A stretch of DNA of 64,000 bases. Source: Pocillopora damicornis. Lineage: Eukaryota. The notes beneath the pieces were generated by a model. It was not told where the DNA came from. It ran no database searches and saw only the letters and a program-made list of their open reading frames with translations. The translations under genes and the position numbers were made by a program. Shown here piece after piece: positions 1 to 11,310 of this stretch (positions are counted from its first letter, which is position 1; every line of letters begins with the position of its first letter). The stretch lies in assembly GCF_003704095.1 (NCBI RefSeq), contig NW_020846701.1:1-64000 (forward strand), written 5' to 3'.

Positions 1-136
1 GACTGGAATCCAGTCTTCACGGCTCACTGAACGCAAATAGAAACCACGTGACAAACACTTCTCTCTTGTGGACAAATAAATAAAGAAATAAAGAAATAAA
101 TTTCGCGGGCCTTGACAAAGTGTGGGAAATCCCACA

Positions 137-370
137 CAAAAAAGAGGGTCAGTTTCTATAGAAACTGTGGTACTGCTTAGGTGGAAAGTATAACAAGATA
201 ATTTAGTATTATCAACTGACTGTAAATGATGTAAATTGGCCACTGTTAAAGAGTTTCCAAGTGATGTTTTGAGTGTACGCCCATCAACTTTTGCTCTGAT
301 GACAGGCTAACACTCAAAACATCAGTTTAGAAGCTCTTTGAGGTGGCCAATTTACATTGAACATTATCAA
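137..370. repeat. Palindromic interspersed repeat with degenerate hammerhead-like motif (Penelope-associated family)
   Basis: Inverted arms (gtaaattggccac ... gtggccaatttac) around ctctgatgacaggctaacactcaaaacatcag; related copies at ~4525-4695, ~15490-15675 and ~63825-63900. Confidence 0.55.
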
Positions 371-973
371 CATGTTATGCAAAATAGTCAAGTAAAGAAG
401 TAACATAAATCTACGTCCAATACTTAGACCCTGTAATATATTCTCTATATTGTTAGATCTATACATTTCCTAAGGTGCTGATAAGAGAATTTGTTTACAA
501 ATTAAGAGCTTCTTTAGTAAGTGATCATTTCTTTAATTCTTGTGACCTTAATGTTTGATTCAGGGGTGGTACTATAGAGAAAATTATTTGCTAGTCACTC
601 TAGGGGTCAAATATTTATATCACACACTCTTGATAATAAGTTATTCAAAGGGCGTGATGATTTCCATAGATAAATAGGAGCACCTGTAAGATATACAAAA
701 TAATACATGGGCACACATAGATATGGAATTTCCCTTTGGGTGTTCAACCTGATAGCTCATGAGTGAGCGCAGTGAACAAGTGAGATGTCTAGTTGAACAC
801 TAGCCTGCAGTGTAGGATTAGGGAGAGCTAATGTTATAATCTATTGAGCATTTATCTGACTGAAGGGGGCAGGGAGTGGGCAAGGGTGAGAAGATGCCTG
901 CCCAAAGAGGCTGATGAAAAGCAAAACACCCCCTGATTAGCTGCCCCTCAATGCATTTCCAGAAAAGAGCAAG

Positions 974-1343
974 TTACCAATCAAAAGTGAGGTAAATTTT
1001 TCGGCCCTTGTCACCGACAAAGCTCATCAGGTTGCATATTTTCTCTTTTTCTGTGCACTTGCTGAGCGGTCCTCCGAAAGCAAATTCGCAGTGTCGATAA
1101 AATCTTTCCCACTCTTTACTCAGGTCCGAAGCAGCCCAGTTCATCTTTGGCCAGTTATACGACAAGTTAGCGTATCCTTCTGCCATATCTTTGAGCTAAG
1201 TTTCCTTCGGTGGCGCTCGAAATCCCACTATTTTGACACCATGTTACTTAATTGGACTTGCGAGCACCAGTTGTATCTATAACAACACACTGCTGTGCCT
1301 ACAAGTGGTCAGCGGTATACTAACACCCAGTTTCCCACGGACA
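974..1343 (-). mobile_element. Truncated Gypsy-like LTR retrotransposon 5' end: short LTR, PBS and gag N-terminus
   Basis: Putative TG...CA LTR at 1343-1242, immediately followed by PBS-like TGGTGTCAAAATAGTGGGAT (resembles the complement of a tRNA-Leu 3' end), then ORF 1186-974 MAEGY...EWERFYRHCEFAFGGPL...LMSFVGDKGRKIY, typical of gag N-termini. Confidence 0.7.
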
Positions 1344-1440
1344 AGTTGAGATTCAACACTTTACCTTCTTAAATCTGCATGACAGTCTGCACATTGTCGT
1401 TCCAAGGTTTATTATCTTGTTGTATAGAGCTATTCTAGTA

Positions 1441-3551
1441 ATGAATGAAGAAGAATGGGAGGAAGAGGTACCTTAAGTTCTTTTTAACAATCTTTAAAGC
1501 TCAGGTATAGAAATAAGGTTATGTCTTGAATACCTGAATCTTGTGTGTTTTAACTATAGGAACATCTTGTTGTAGTCAAGCTTCAAGGAGTGATAGATAA
1601 TGAGTTCTTGTACAGGTGCGAGTCTTCAAACTGCCGACTCCTGGTGAGTGTTGACTGAACTTAACGATATCCCACTGTGGCCAATGCACTGTTAGAACTC
1701 AACATAGGACAACATTAGGTAAAATTTTCGCACAGCCCCATACTACTGTAAAACAGATCTGTGTTCCCAATGGCAATGTATTGTTTTGTCATTGTTTTCT
1801 CTATCCAAGAACTGAATGCATAATGTAGGATGGGGCTGTGTGGAAATTTTTCCCAACATTACTTGGAAGTCCTGTGTAAATCCCTGCTAACGGTTAATGC
1901 TTGGCGCACAGTTCTGATGGCAACTCGTAATTCGTTTTTTATGGGTAGCTCATGGTACTTGGGGTTTAACTCTTTACAACCTAACATCAGTATGCATATT
2001 CTCCTTGCTGTCATCTATGTATTTCCTAAGGTGCTGACAAGGAGAATTTGTATGAAGAGCTTCCTTAGTTGTTGATCATTTCCTTTACTCTTATGACCAT
2101 AATGTGTGATTCAGCAGTGATATGGTAGGGAGAATTCAGATACTATTCATTCATAAGGGTCAAAAGGTTATTAATTAAATGTCCAAGACCTCATCAAGAT
2201 CTGCGATTTTTTATTCTGAGTGGCAATTGTTCAAATGCAATGTGTGATCATGACACTAAAATCTGATTCCTAGGGCATTGATACAGATGAACCTGTGTTA
2301 CAAATTGGGAATTACACTTTTCTTGGAGAGTTTAAAGGTAGGACAATCTTAGTGTTTATTTAGCTTAATCCTTCAAATTGCTCCGAGGTTTGAGCAAAAC
2401 AGAAACTGAACTGTCAACTACAATATACATCAGTGTATGATTTTCATATATTTACAGTCATTTATTCATCACTTCAAGGCTGTATTTGGAACCAACATAA
2501 TGACCAGCTCCCAGTTGGCTTGTTAGCTCAGTTGGTAGAGCACTGCACCAGTATCACAGAGGTCATGGGTTAAAATCCCATAAGGGTCTGAATCTTTTTC
2601 AGGCATTATTTTCACTACTATTTAAGTAGTGTTCATTACTGTGAGGATTGCTTTTATATTAATCTTCATACAATTCTCACTATTGGCATCTTTTTGCAGA
2701 ATCCCTTGGAACACATGTACTGTTTGAGGAGCTTGGTAATGTTACATGGTCCTTTTTAGAGTTATTTTTATAATTAAATAACCACTGTATTTACATGCCC
2801 ATAACTTGATCCTAGCTATGAGTCAAGACCCTAAACTAATGAAAAATAAACCATAAACTTTCAGTACTTGGAGTTAGAGCAGGACCAACAACCTTGTTCA
2901 TTGTTTTAGCATCAGAAAATTTGGCTCTAACTCCTAAGTGGTTAGCATGTAGCTGATCCTTACATGCAAGGTCAACATATTGTTAGCAAGATACAAAGTC
3001 AACATATTATCAGCAAGCAAGACTAAAATTTTGTTTTGATTAAAATACCAAATTCTCTCAACCTATTTACAAGGAAATGTATGTCAGCCAGAAGGGTGTA
3101 TTTACCAATCAGATGTAGGTAGCCTAAGGCTAACAATGAATATATTTTTCTGTCTTCTTTGTTTCCTTTTGTTTGTAACTTTGAGTCTACCTAAAGAGGT
3201 GACTATTTAAATAACTGTTTCCCATCTTTTCACTTCCTAGAATCAAATGATAGCAGTGAATCAAAACAGTTAAAGTACAGGTACAAGACTACAAAAACAT
3301 TAGAAATGACGCGGGCATTTTTGGTTGAAAAAGGAGAGGAAAAAGAGAAGAAAAACGAACAGGTAATAACAGCTTGTTTGACAATAGAATATAAGCCTGT
3401 ATATGCCTTTGAGATGTAATTATTGTTAAAATATTAAGGATGATAATTTTTTTGTAATGCGTAATTGTAAACATGGCTGTTAAATTTGTAGACTCCTGGT
3501 CCTTCAAGTGATGCACAGGAGCACCAAGAGCAAGAACATATCGAGGAATAA
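1441..3551 (+). CDS. GTF3C6: General transcription factor IIIC subunit 6 (TFIIIC35-like), 6 coding exons
   Basis: Exons 1441-1467, 1560-1643, 2274-2337, 2700-2735, 3241-3362 and 3492-3551 are GT-AG and phase-consistent: MNEEEWEEEEHLVVVKLQGVIDNEFLYRCESSNCRLLGIDTDEPVLQIGNYTFLGEFKESLGTHVLFEEL...LKYRYKTTKTLEMTRAFLVEK, matching the GTF3C6 pattern (LVLVELSGIID...GIDTERPILQV...GTCVIFEE...LKYKCHTMKKLSMTR). The true start could lie further upstream. Confidence 0.9.
1965..2172. mobile_element. ~200-bp MITE with TTAA-like ends (piggyBac-type non-autonomous family)
   Basis: Ends ttaactcttt.../...aaaaggtta; homologous copies at ~425-612, ~2925-3135, ~4696-4923 (inverted), ~6676-6865, 10491-10701 and ~50010-50170. 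Confidence 0.6.
2405..2670 (+). mobile_element. tRNA-derived SINE-like repeat in GTF3C6 intron 3
   Basis: tRNA-like core at ~2517-2589 with A-box tagctcagttggtagagc and a degenerate B-box ggttaaaatccc, embedded in repeat-like flanks. Confidence 0.65.
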
Positions 3552-4364
3552 ATTAGGTGAAGAGAAATAATTGACCATGCTGTGACTCAAGTTAAGGTTG
3601 TCACTGCTCAACTTTGACCTGATAGAGAAGTAGACATCGGCACATGATTGGTTGGAAATCAGTGATCAATGGAGCAAGATGTGCATACATCTTTTATTGC
3701 TATCACTGAGACTTATTCTACATGTGCTACAACAATCTTACAACAGAACCTACATCCCACAGACATGCTTACAGCTCGGTAAAGTCTCTCTTCTACAGAG
3801 ATATCTTGTTGAAGGAGAGATATCTCCTAAATACAGAAGTCTTGAGGATAGTTGTAGAAGCATTATTTCCAGACTGGGCCACAATTTGTGTCCCTTGAAT
3901 AAGTGTCCCAAAAGGGAGATTACAAATTAAATGTATTTGACATAGGCTCTCATACTCAAAGAAATTATTTTCCAAAACTTTTCATGTTAGAATGCCTCAA
4001 AGCACTTGAAATTATTTGAAAGTTGAATTTTAACATTTATATATGGTGCCTCAAAAAATAAATTTAGTTATTATTGGAACTCAAAAATTAAGTTATTACA
4101 TTTAAATTCGTCATACATTAATATTCTTAACATATGTGTGTTAAGAAACACTCTAAGAAACCTCCATTTGAAAAGCTTAGTCTTGGTTGAATTCTCTTTT
4201 GTTGTGGACAGATGTAGCTTTATTTGAAGTACACCAGTCCTGTGATTTCCATTTAACAAGCTGTCATTTTGGCTATGAACACACCACAAATAAAATCAAT
4301 AAACTATAAAAAGCAAATTTTCCTTGTTCGAATTGGTGCCATTTATATTAATTATTAATGTCTT

Positions 4365-6061
4365 TTAGTGTAGAGTGTGACTCCAGTTGATTGGGCTCTG
4401 TTGTAGAAGGTCCCTTTCCTCCAAATGTCTTTTCTCTGTGTTTCTCTTTTGTTGTTCTGCACGCAGTTCCATCAACTGAAGCAAAAAGAACAACATAACT
4501 TTTAAAGGGATTAAAACATAATTAAGTTTCTAAAGAAATTTTGGTGCTGCTTCGGTGGGACAGAATAAGGTTTCAAGCGTTAGCCATTTGTCAGAGTAAA
4601 TAGTGAAGGGCTAACACTTGAAACATCAGCTTTGAAACTCTTTATGATGGCCAATTTATGTTATGAATGCAGTTGATAATACTAAATTACCCTGGTAACA
4701 CTTTGACCCCTAAGGGCAATTAGCATCTTATTTCTCCTTTCAATATCACCCCTAAATCACACAGTAAGGTCAAGAGAATCAAGAAAATCATCACCAACTA
4801 AAAGAAGTGATTGATTGTTAAACAAATTCTCCCTGTCAGCACCTTAGGAAATGTATAAAGAACAGTATGAAGAATATGAAGTATGAAGAATATGCATACT
4901 GATGTTAGGGTGTAAAGGGTTAAAATGTAATCACTTTGCTCATTAAGGGAGACACAGGCACCTAAAGATTGTTGCGCTAGACTCCAGGCCTTTGCTCTGA
5001 TCTGGGAATGAAGTTGAGGCAGTTACGCAGGTTGGCCAACTACAAAAAAACTATCAAGGGGAAAATTAAATATGCTTACCCGCTTGTTTTCATTCCGAAA
5101 CTGTTGCAGATATTTCTCTTTACTGATTCGTTCTTCCTTGTCCTGCTGTAAGCAGATCCTGTCATAGTTTATAGCAAAGTCACTTTCCTTTATCCTTTCA
5201 GTTAGGTGTGTTTGGTGGGCCTCATCTTTTTCTTTCATTTGTTGCAACAGTGCTCTACGACTCTCTTGCCTAGAAATATTATTTTTAGAAGAAGTTATGA
5301 ATGAATGAATGAATGAATGAAGAATAAGTCGTTAAATTTTAATAACTCGCGATAAAGAAAGGCATGATTGAGGTTCAAAAGCCACCGCGGTGATATACTC
5401 GCAGGCGTTGTCAGGCTCACTCACGTTCAAAATTGTTGGACTTGTAACTAATCGGGAGCGCAATATTGAGGTATAATCATACTCTTTTCACTACGACCGT
5501 GGAACAGTCCATTTGTTGTTCCTTTTAGAATTGTCGATCATTGAAGGGTTTTGATCTGCGCAATAGATTGTTCCAACCCCCTTGAAATGCAACAGACACG
5601 ATCAGCGCAGTAAAACTAAAAGAAATCCTCAAAAATTTCCGCTCTGCTGTTATTTTATTAAAATCTATGTATAACAGTAGCATTAGATAATAGGGAGAAC
5701 CCCCAACATCAGGATCTTAACACAGGAAGTTGTTACCAACATTAAACCAGACAACTGTTCTTTACAGGTGACGGAGGTTCATTAAAATTTACTGTTTGAT
5801 TCGCTGCCACTTCAACTGGAGTGGTTAACAACATGTTTACAACCTTTAAAAAGTTAACTTGATTTTAATAACGACTTACTTGACTCTTTCTTTCTCCATC
5901 GAATTTCCGTACATCGGCTTCGCGTATGCATCGTTGCGCAGTTTGTAAATCTCCCTTTTTCCGCGAAGTTTGTGTTCATGATTAACATGGTGCGGTTGAA
6001 CTGTTTCAAGGCTCACTGTTCTTCGACATGTTTCAGGTTTAAGAGGATTTAAACGACTCAT
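4365..6061 (-). CDS. Uncharacterised 160-aa coiled-coil protein, possibly ciliary
   Basis: Exons 6061-5880, 5269-5080 and 4475-4365 are phase-consistent with GT-AG introns; E/K/R/Q-rich helical protein ending ...ERDLLQQSPINWSHTLH*. Confidence 0.8.
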
Positions 6062-6302
6062 CGTACTAAACCCTCCTCTTTCCCTTTAAATAAAAAATTG
6101 AAGATTGAATAACAAAATTTCAAGCTCTCTTTTTGGAGACAGAGAGAAACATTCGAGCACACTGAGCCTCTGGAATCCGTTTCTATGGCAATATGTCCGC
6201 TGCCCAGAAATTATTTCGGGCACCATCCGTAATCCAACATGGCTGCTTCATAGGCAGAAGACCTTGAGTACATACTTGAATACCTTTGGATGAGAATACG
6301 CC
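6062..6302. promoter_or_regulatory. Bidirectional promoter with RFX X-box-like motif
   Basis: Only 241 bp separate two divergent ATGs; GTTTCTATGGCAAT at 6179-6192 nearly matches the X-box consensus GTTNCCATGGNAAC. Confidence 0.6.
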
Positions 6303-9300
6303 ATGGGAAACAGTGAATCAACAAAGAGATTGACTGTTGAGAGATCAGAAGAGGAAGGAACCCCAGGAATTGTTAAGGTAAGAAACAGTTTAAAGGTGAC
6401 ACAGGTGATTGCGAACTGGGTTTCATCAGCCTCGTTTCAATATTGCAGCGCCTTTCAATATTCTTGAACTTTAAAAACTTATAATATATTCTAAAATGGT
6501 TCAAGATTTAATTTACTTTCACGGATTTCTTGCTATGTAAGTAGCACATGTCTCTTGAAAAAACTTTTCAATTAAATTAGTGCCTCCAATATTGTCACCC
6601 ACTATAAAAGTGCATCTGTTCAACAAGTTTGTAATGAGCTACATCCCCAACATGTGGCTCTTTCACTCGGTTTTATTCCCTTTCACTCCCCAGACTCTAT
6701 ACCCTTCTCTGATAGATTTCTTATAATTATATTTCTGAGAATTTAGTATTAAACTAAGCCTTATTGATGTTTTCAATCTTCTCATAACCTCTCTGCATCA
6801 CAGAAAATGTATAGATGATGTAAGGAGAAATTCCTTGTTGGTCACTTGCAGGAGTGAAAGGGTTACTGTGCTCACATAGTATGTGGGCACAGGTACAATC
6901 CTTGTCAAAGTTTCAATTCTGCTTTCAAGATTTACTTTCTGCAATTGCTTTGATTGCAGCAAATTTTACCCCTGAGTGAAGTTCACCTATCACCTGATTT
7001 TGGCGATTGAGAAACAACCAGACTGAAAGTTGGATAAGTTTTGACATGCTCTGTGACATATTGAAATAAATCCATCTTTTGTGTTCACTAAACATGTAGA
7101 TTTCTGAACGGGTCATACGACGTCTCAGAGGAGAAATTGACTTACCCTTGAAAGGTGATGAGGATGTTACCCAAGGTAGGATATTTTTGTTTCACATCTC
7201 ATCCAAGGAGGAAGATTTCAGTATTGAGAATGGATGCTGTAGTGACAGTGTGATGATTTAATCTTTAATTACTGGGCTTCCTGTGTAGTTTAGTGTCTGC
7301 AAACATGTCAGCAAAGTTGTTAATCTGTACATGTTAGCTGAATATTTTTGTTAGGCCACCACGTTTATGTTGTACAGTATGTAAGCAGGAGGTTTTGTTG
7401 AATAAAGCTTCGATTTTCCAAGGATCAAGCTTCTCTTTCATAACAGATGCCCATTGTGTACATTATGGTGTCTGTTAAGGATGACAATGGCTGGCGATAG
7501 CTGTTTAAAGTGAAGTCAATCTTCTAAAATACTCTGTGTTATATCATTCTGTATAATGTTGAACTTAATAGATGACATCAATACGATTTGGAAGGAATTG
7601 CAGCATGAGAAAGTCAGGATGAAACATCAGGAAGAACATTTACAAGAGATTTTGCAGAATGCTTTTGATGAGGTGAGTTGTATTACTGGGAAATTACTTC
7701 AACCTTAAACATTATGGGAACATTATAACATCCAGGACTCTACACACTGGGACTCTGTTGTGTAGGATCTAGAGGTTGATTGTGCTCACCAAAAGGTACA
7801 TATCTTGGATCAATATCAGTATCTGGGCAACTGCCCACCTACCCCTCCCCTAACCCAACATTAACCCTAACTTGTCATCAATTGACTGTTGTTGGGTTAG
7901 GGGAGGGGTAGGTGGGCAGTTGCCCAGATACTGATATTTATCCCATATCTTTATGTGTTGAATAATATGTAAATTGTAATTACAGTTATTTATATTTTTG
8001 TTTTGTTTTCAGGGAAGACAGGTTGAAGCTAAAAGGGTTAGAGAAAACAGAGGTAGATTAGGAGACAAAGATGTACAAGAGATTGACAACCATTGGAGAA
8101 AACTGTTAGAAGAGAAAGAAGCTGAGTCAAAAACAAAAGAACACAGGCTTTTGGAAAAACTTACTACTTTAGAGAAACAGGTAATGGTGGTAAAAATTTC
8201 ATTTTTACAAGCTCTAGTGTCCTCTTTCCAAGTCGTATAAAAGTGAACTACCAGTAATGTTATAAACTTAAGGAACTTTGAAAAAAACCCTCCTTTAAGA
8301 CATAACTTCAAAAAATAACTTTCTTTGCTGGCTTTGACATAAAAATTAAAACATGCAGTTATCTTATTGATGTTAGATTTCAGAAAAGGAAGAAGTGACA
8401 TTAGAAAACTTTAATCAAGCTGTAGAAGAGGCAAAACAAAAATTCAGGTATGTATTTGTGAAGTGATTAGTATGTTTCACAAGAAATGCCACTAAAACTG
8501 ACATGAACTCTCACATGATTGGCTATTTAGTTTTAAAGTTGATCTTACCATTTGTGCTGGGTGAGTCAATCGTGTTTTAGTCAAGTTATATCCAACTTGA
8601 TTCTTTTTTTCAATCACAGCGTACCAACAAAGGTCATAGCTTGCCAACACCTGAAGAATGAGGTACTTAATTGCTACAAACAGAATCCCAATCAGGCATT
8701 GAAGTGTTCACAGAAAGTTAGAGATTTCATCAACTGTGTGGAACAATCTCAGTTAGTAAGTGTGTGATAAATCCTCTATTCTTTCAAAATTCAAGTGTAC
8801 ATCATTCTTATCATCAATCCTCTCTTGTGCCCCTGGGGTGTAAGGTTATGACCAGAGACTAACACTGCCTCTTTTCTTTAGCTTCTCTGTTGCAATCCTT
8901 ACCTGTGTAGGCAAAATTTTCAAGAGACAAATCTTTCTGATTACCAGTACTTATAGTTGGACATTTGTCAATTTGTGGATTGTCCACTTAGGGTTTATAT
9001 TCCTATGATCTAGACTTTTTGTTAGTTAGCAAGGATTTGGCTTTGAAAAGGGATGTGGTATGTGTCTCTGTGTGTTCCTTTTGCCAGTTGGTAACTTGGA
9101 GAATATGTTACTTTGTGTTAAACTCTTTCTGTTTTGTTTTTTGGATGACGTAAATTGTAAATGCACCTTATGTGCATGAATTATTATCATTATTTTTGTT
9201 ATTCTCTTTTAATGTGATGCTACTGTAAGGGCTTGTGATTCATATATTCACAAACAAATATATATAGATTATTTTTTAATTAAGTTTTACACATACCCTT

Positions 9301-9393
9301 TTATAAATAAATTTATTATTATCACAGGAAAATACTCAATCAAGGAAACCAGTAGCCATAGCACCACATGATGCAAAGCCTTGCTTTGAATGA
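6303..9393 (+). CDS. CHCHD3: MICOS complex subunit MIC19/MIC25 (CHCHD3/CHCHD6-like), 7 exons
   Basis: Exons 6303-6377, 7100-7175, 7572-7672, 8013-8180, 8377-8447, 8620-8755 and 9328-9393; myristoylation-type start MGNSES, VKISERVIRRL motif, coiled coil, and a C-terminal twin CX9C (CQHLKNEVLNC...CSQKVRDFINC). Confidence 0.88.
7807..7943. mobile_element. Fold-back MITE with ~54-bp near-perfect inverted arms
   Basis: ggatcaatatcagtatctgggcaactgcccacctacccctcccctaacccaaca ... tgttgggttaggggaggggtaggtgggcagttgcccagatactgatatttatcc; a diverged copy lies at ~31768-31916. Confidence 0.85.
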
Positions 9394-9733
9394 GTGGCTG
9401 TCAACTATACAAGATGAACACTACCTCAAAGAAATATTTCAACATAAAATAAAGAAGGATCAACCTTTAATATGCTTTCTGAGTTGAAAAAGACTCAACT
9501 GACAGTGCAAAGTGTTGAAGAACAAAACACTCAAAGTTTATTTTGCATGTGTTAAGATTTCAAAATAAGATTGTGTTTTTGGTATTTTGTGCAATAAGAG
9601 GAAGAATAAATGGTCTGGTTAGTTTTAAGCTGAGTTTAATTAGACATTTATAAAATGTTAGAGATCAGTGCCCCAGTTTCCAGCCTAGGCAGGGAAATCA
9701 ATCTGCTCCAATAGCATAGCTCAGGATTTTTTT

Positions 9734-9743
9734 NNNNNNNNNN
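9734..9743. other. Assembly gap (10 N)
   Basis: Run of n characters. Confidence 0.99.
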
Positions 9744-10490
9744 TCCTAATGATTGGGTGCTCTTTGGTAAAAGGATACCAGAATCTTGCCTTATAGGCGT
9801 GACCCATTTCCCTCTAACCCCCAATAAGAACAAACAGGAACGCATAAACTATATGCAATTGGCACAGACAACGTTTTTAGTAGTCAATAGTGTCGAAGAC
9901 CTCTATTCTATTCCTTCTTAAAATTTTTTGCTTGAAAGTCTACCATATTTAGTCAACTTATTCTAATAAATATAAATTCAGAAAAAAAAAGCATTTGCGT
10001 GACAAATGTGGCAATGGTTCTCATGAATTTTTTGAGATGGGAAACCTATAGCCTGCCCTAGGCGTTCACCTTGTAAGACGGAACGAAATAGTCAACGGCG
10101 CCGTTTACTATCGAGCTTCGTCGTACTTACTGAAATTGAACATGCTAGAAAACCTAGTTGAACTCCGTAAAGATACTTTGACAACTTCTGAAGTTGCCAG
10201 TTTAACTTTTATCACCTTCAGCGTTAGCAGTCAGCCATATCTTACCCCTCTAAGGAACGACGAACATTCCAGATATTTCTAAAGGAAAGCCTTTATTCAA
10301 CCCTTCGAAACGGGGCCCAAAAGAGCTATCATATACAGAGTGATACTGGGCTTTCGTATTTTTCAGATAATAGCATATACGATTCAGGCTGAAAATTGCA
10401 ATACGTATTGATCTTGTCCGTTTTTAACCATCCTCTGCCCATCTTGGTTTTCTAATGACTCTTTTTTTGTCTTTCTCCGGGCAAACTATT

Positions 10491-10701
10491 TTAACCCTAA
10501 AACTCCAAAGATCTCGTCCATAATTCCTCCTCCTAGCTTCTTCAGATTTCCTTGTAATTTAGTTGAGAGAATTTGGAGTTAGATTAAGGGGACATCTTCT
10601 ACCTGATAAGTTTGAGTATTCTCATAACCTGTTTGCCGGATAATGTATGGATATTATTGGGAGAAGTTTCATTTTCATCACTTATGGGAGTTAAGGGTTA
10701 A
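10491..10701. mobile_element. TTAA-flanked MITE, best-preserved copy
   Basis: TTAA-ccctaaaactccaaag ... cttatgggagttaaggg-TTAA: terminal inverted repeats with a TTAA target site. Confidence 0.75.
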
Positions 10702-10944
10702 GACTATTGGCTTTCCTCCAAGTTGTGACGAATATCTGAAGAGAAGTGAAAGCTTGGTAATAATGAATAGATCGTCCCGCATGAGAATTGTTTGTGTTTA
10801 TCCTCTTTTCTTTTTCTTACTGAGTTTTTAAAAATTAAAATTATAGATGCAAGAGCAATAATCGTGGAAAAAAGCCAATAAGTCCCTTGCCCCACTCCCC
10901 ACGGTTTATCATTTGTCGCAGCGAAGTGGCATCCCGTGCACGCT

Positions 10945-10957
10945 TTTTCCCGCCAAA
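10945..10957 (+). promoter_or_regulatory. E2F-type site in the HFM1 promoter region
   Basis: TTTTCCCGCCAAA upstream of a probable non-coding first exon whose donor is ag|gtaaga at 11122/11123. Confidence 0.5.
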
Positions 10958-11310
10958 ACTGAAACTTGTCCAGGCGCAAAACAAATTTTGTTACAAATAC
11001 AAACTGAACTACGGTAGTTTTTTCTGTGCTTCTTTCCGCTCTATAATCTCAAATAGCCATCATGAGAAGGAAACCGTGCACTTGCCTTCCTTAGAAATCT
11101 AACTGCTCGTTATTATACCAAGGTAAGATATTGTTTCAAACTTGAATTCAATTTTTAATTATCCGCATCTCGGAAGTCGTTTCTAATTTGCCGAAGTTGA
11201 GTCTGAGTGCAATGGTTTGTGTCCGATATTAACATGATATTTGTACTTTGTCTTTCAGGGGATATGTTAAAAGGAAAATAAAGTTTACGCAGCTCGGTCC
11301 ACCTTGACCC

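Noticed and set aside
2517-2589. Functional tRNA gene
   Set aside because: Mismatched acceptor and anticodon stems, mutated T-loop, and repeat-family flanks indicate a SINE-like pseudo-tRNA.
3773-3826. Minus-strand exon-like segment EISLLQQDISVEERLYRA
   Set aside because: It could not be linked to a convincing gene model and lies between convergent 3' UTRs.
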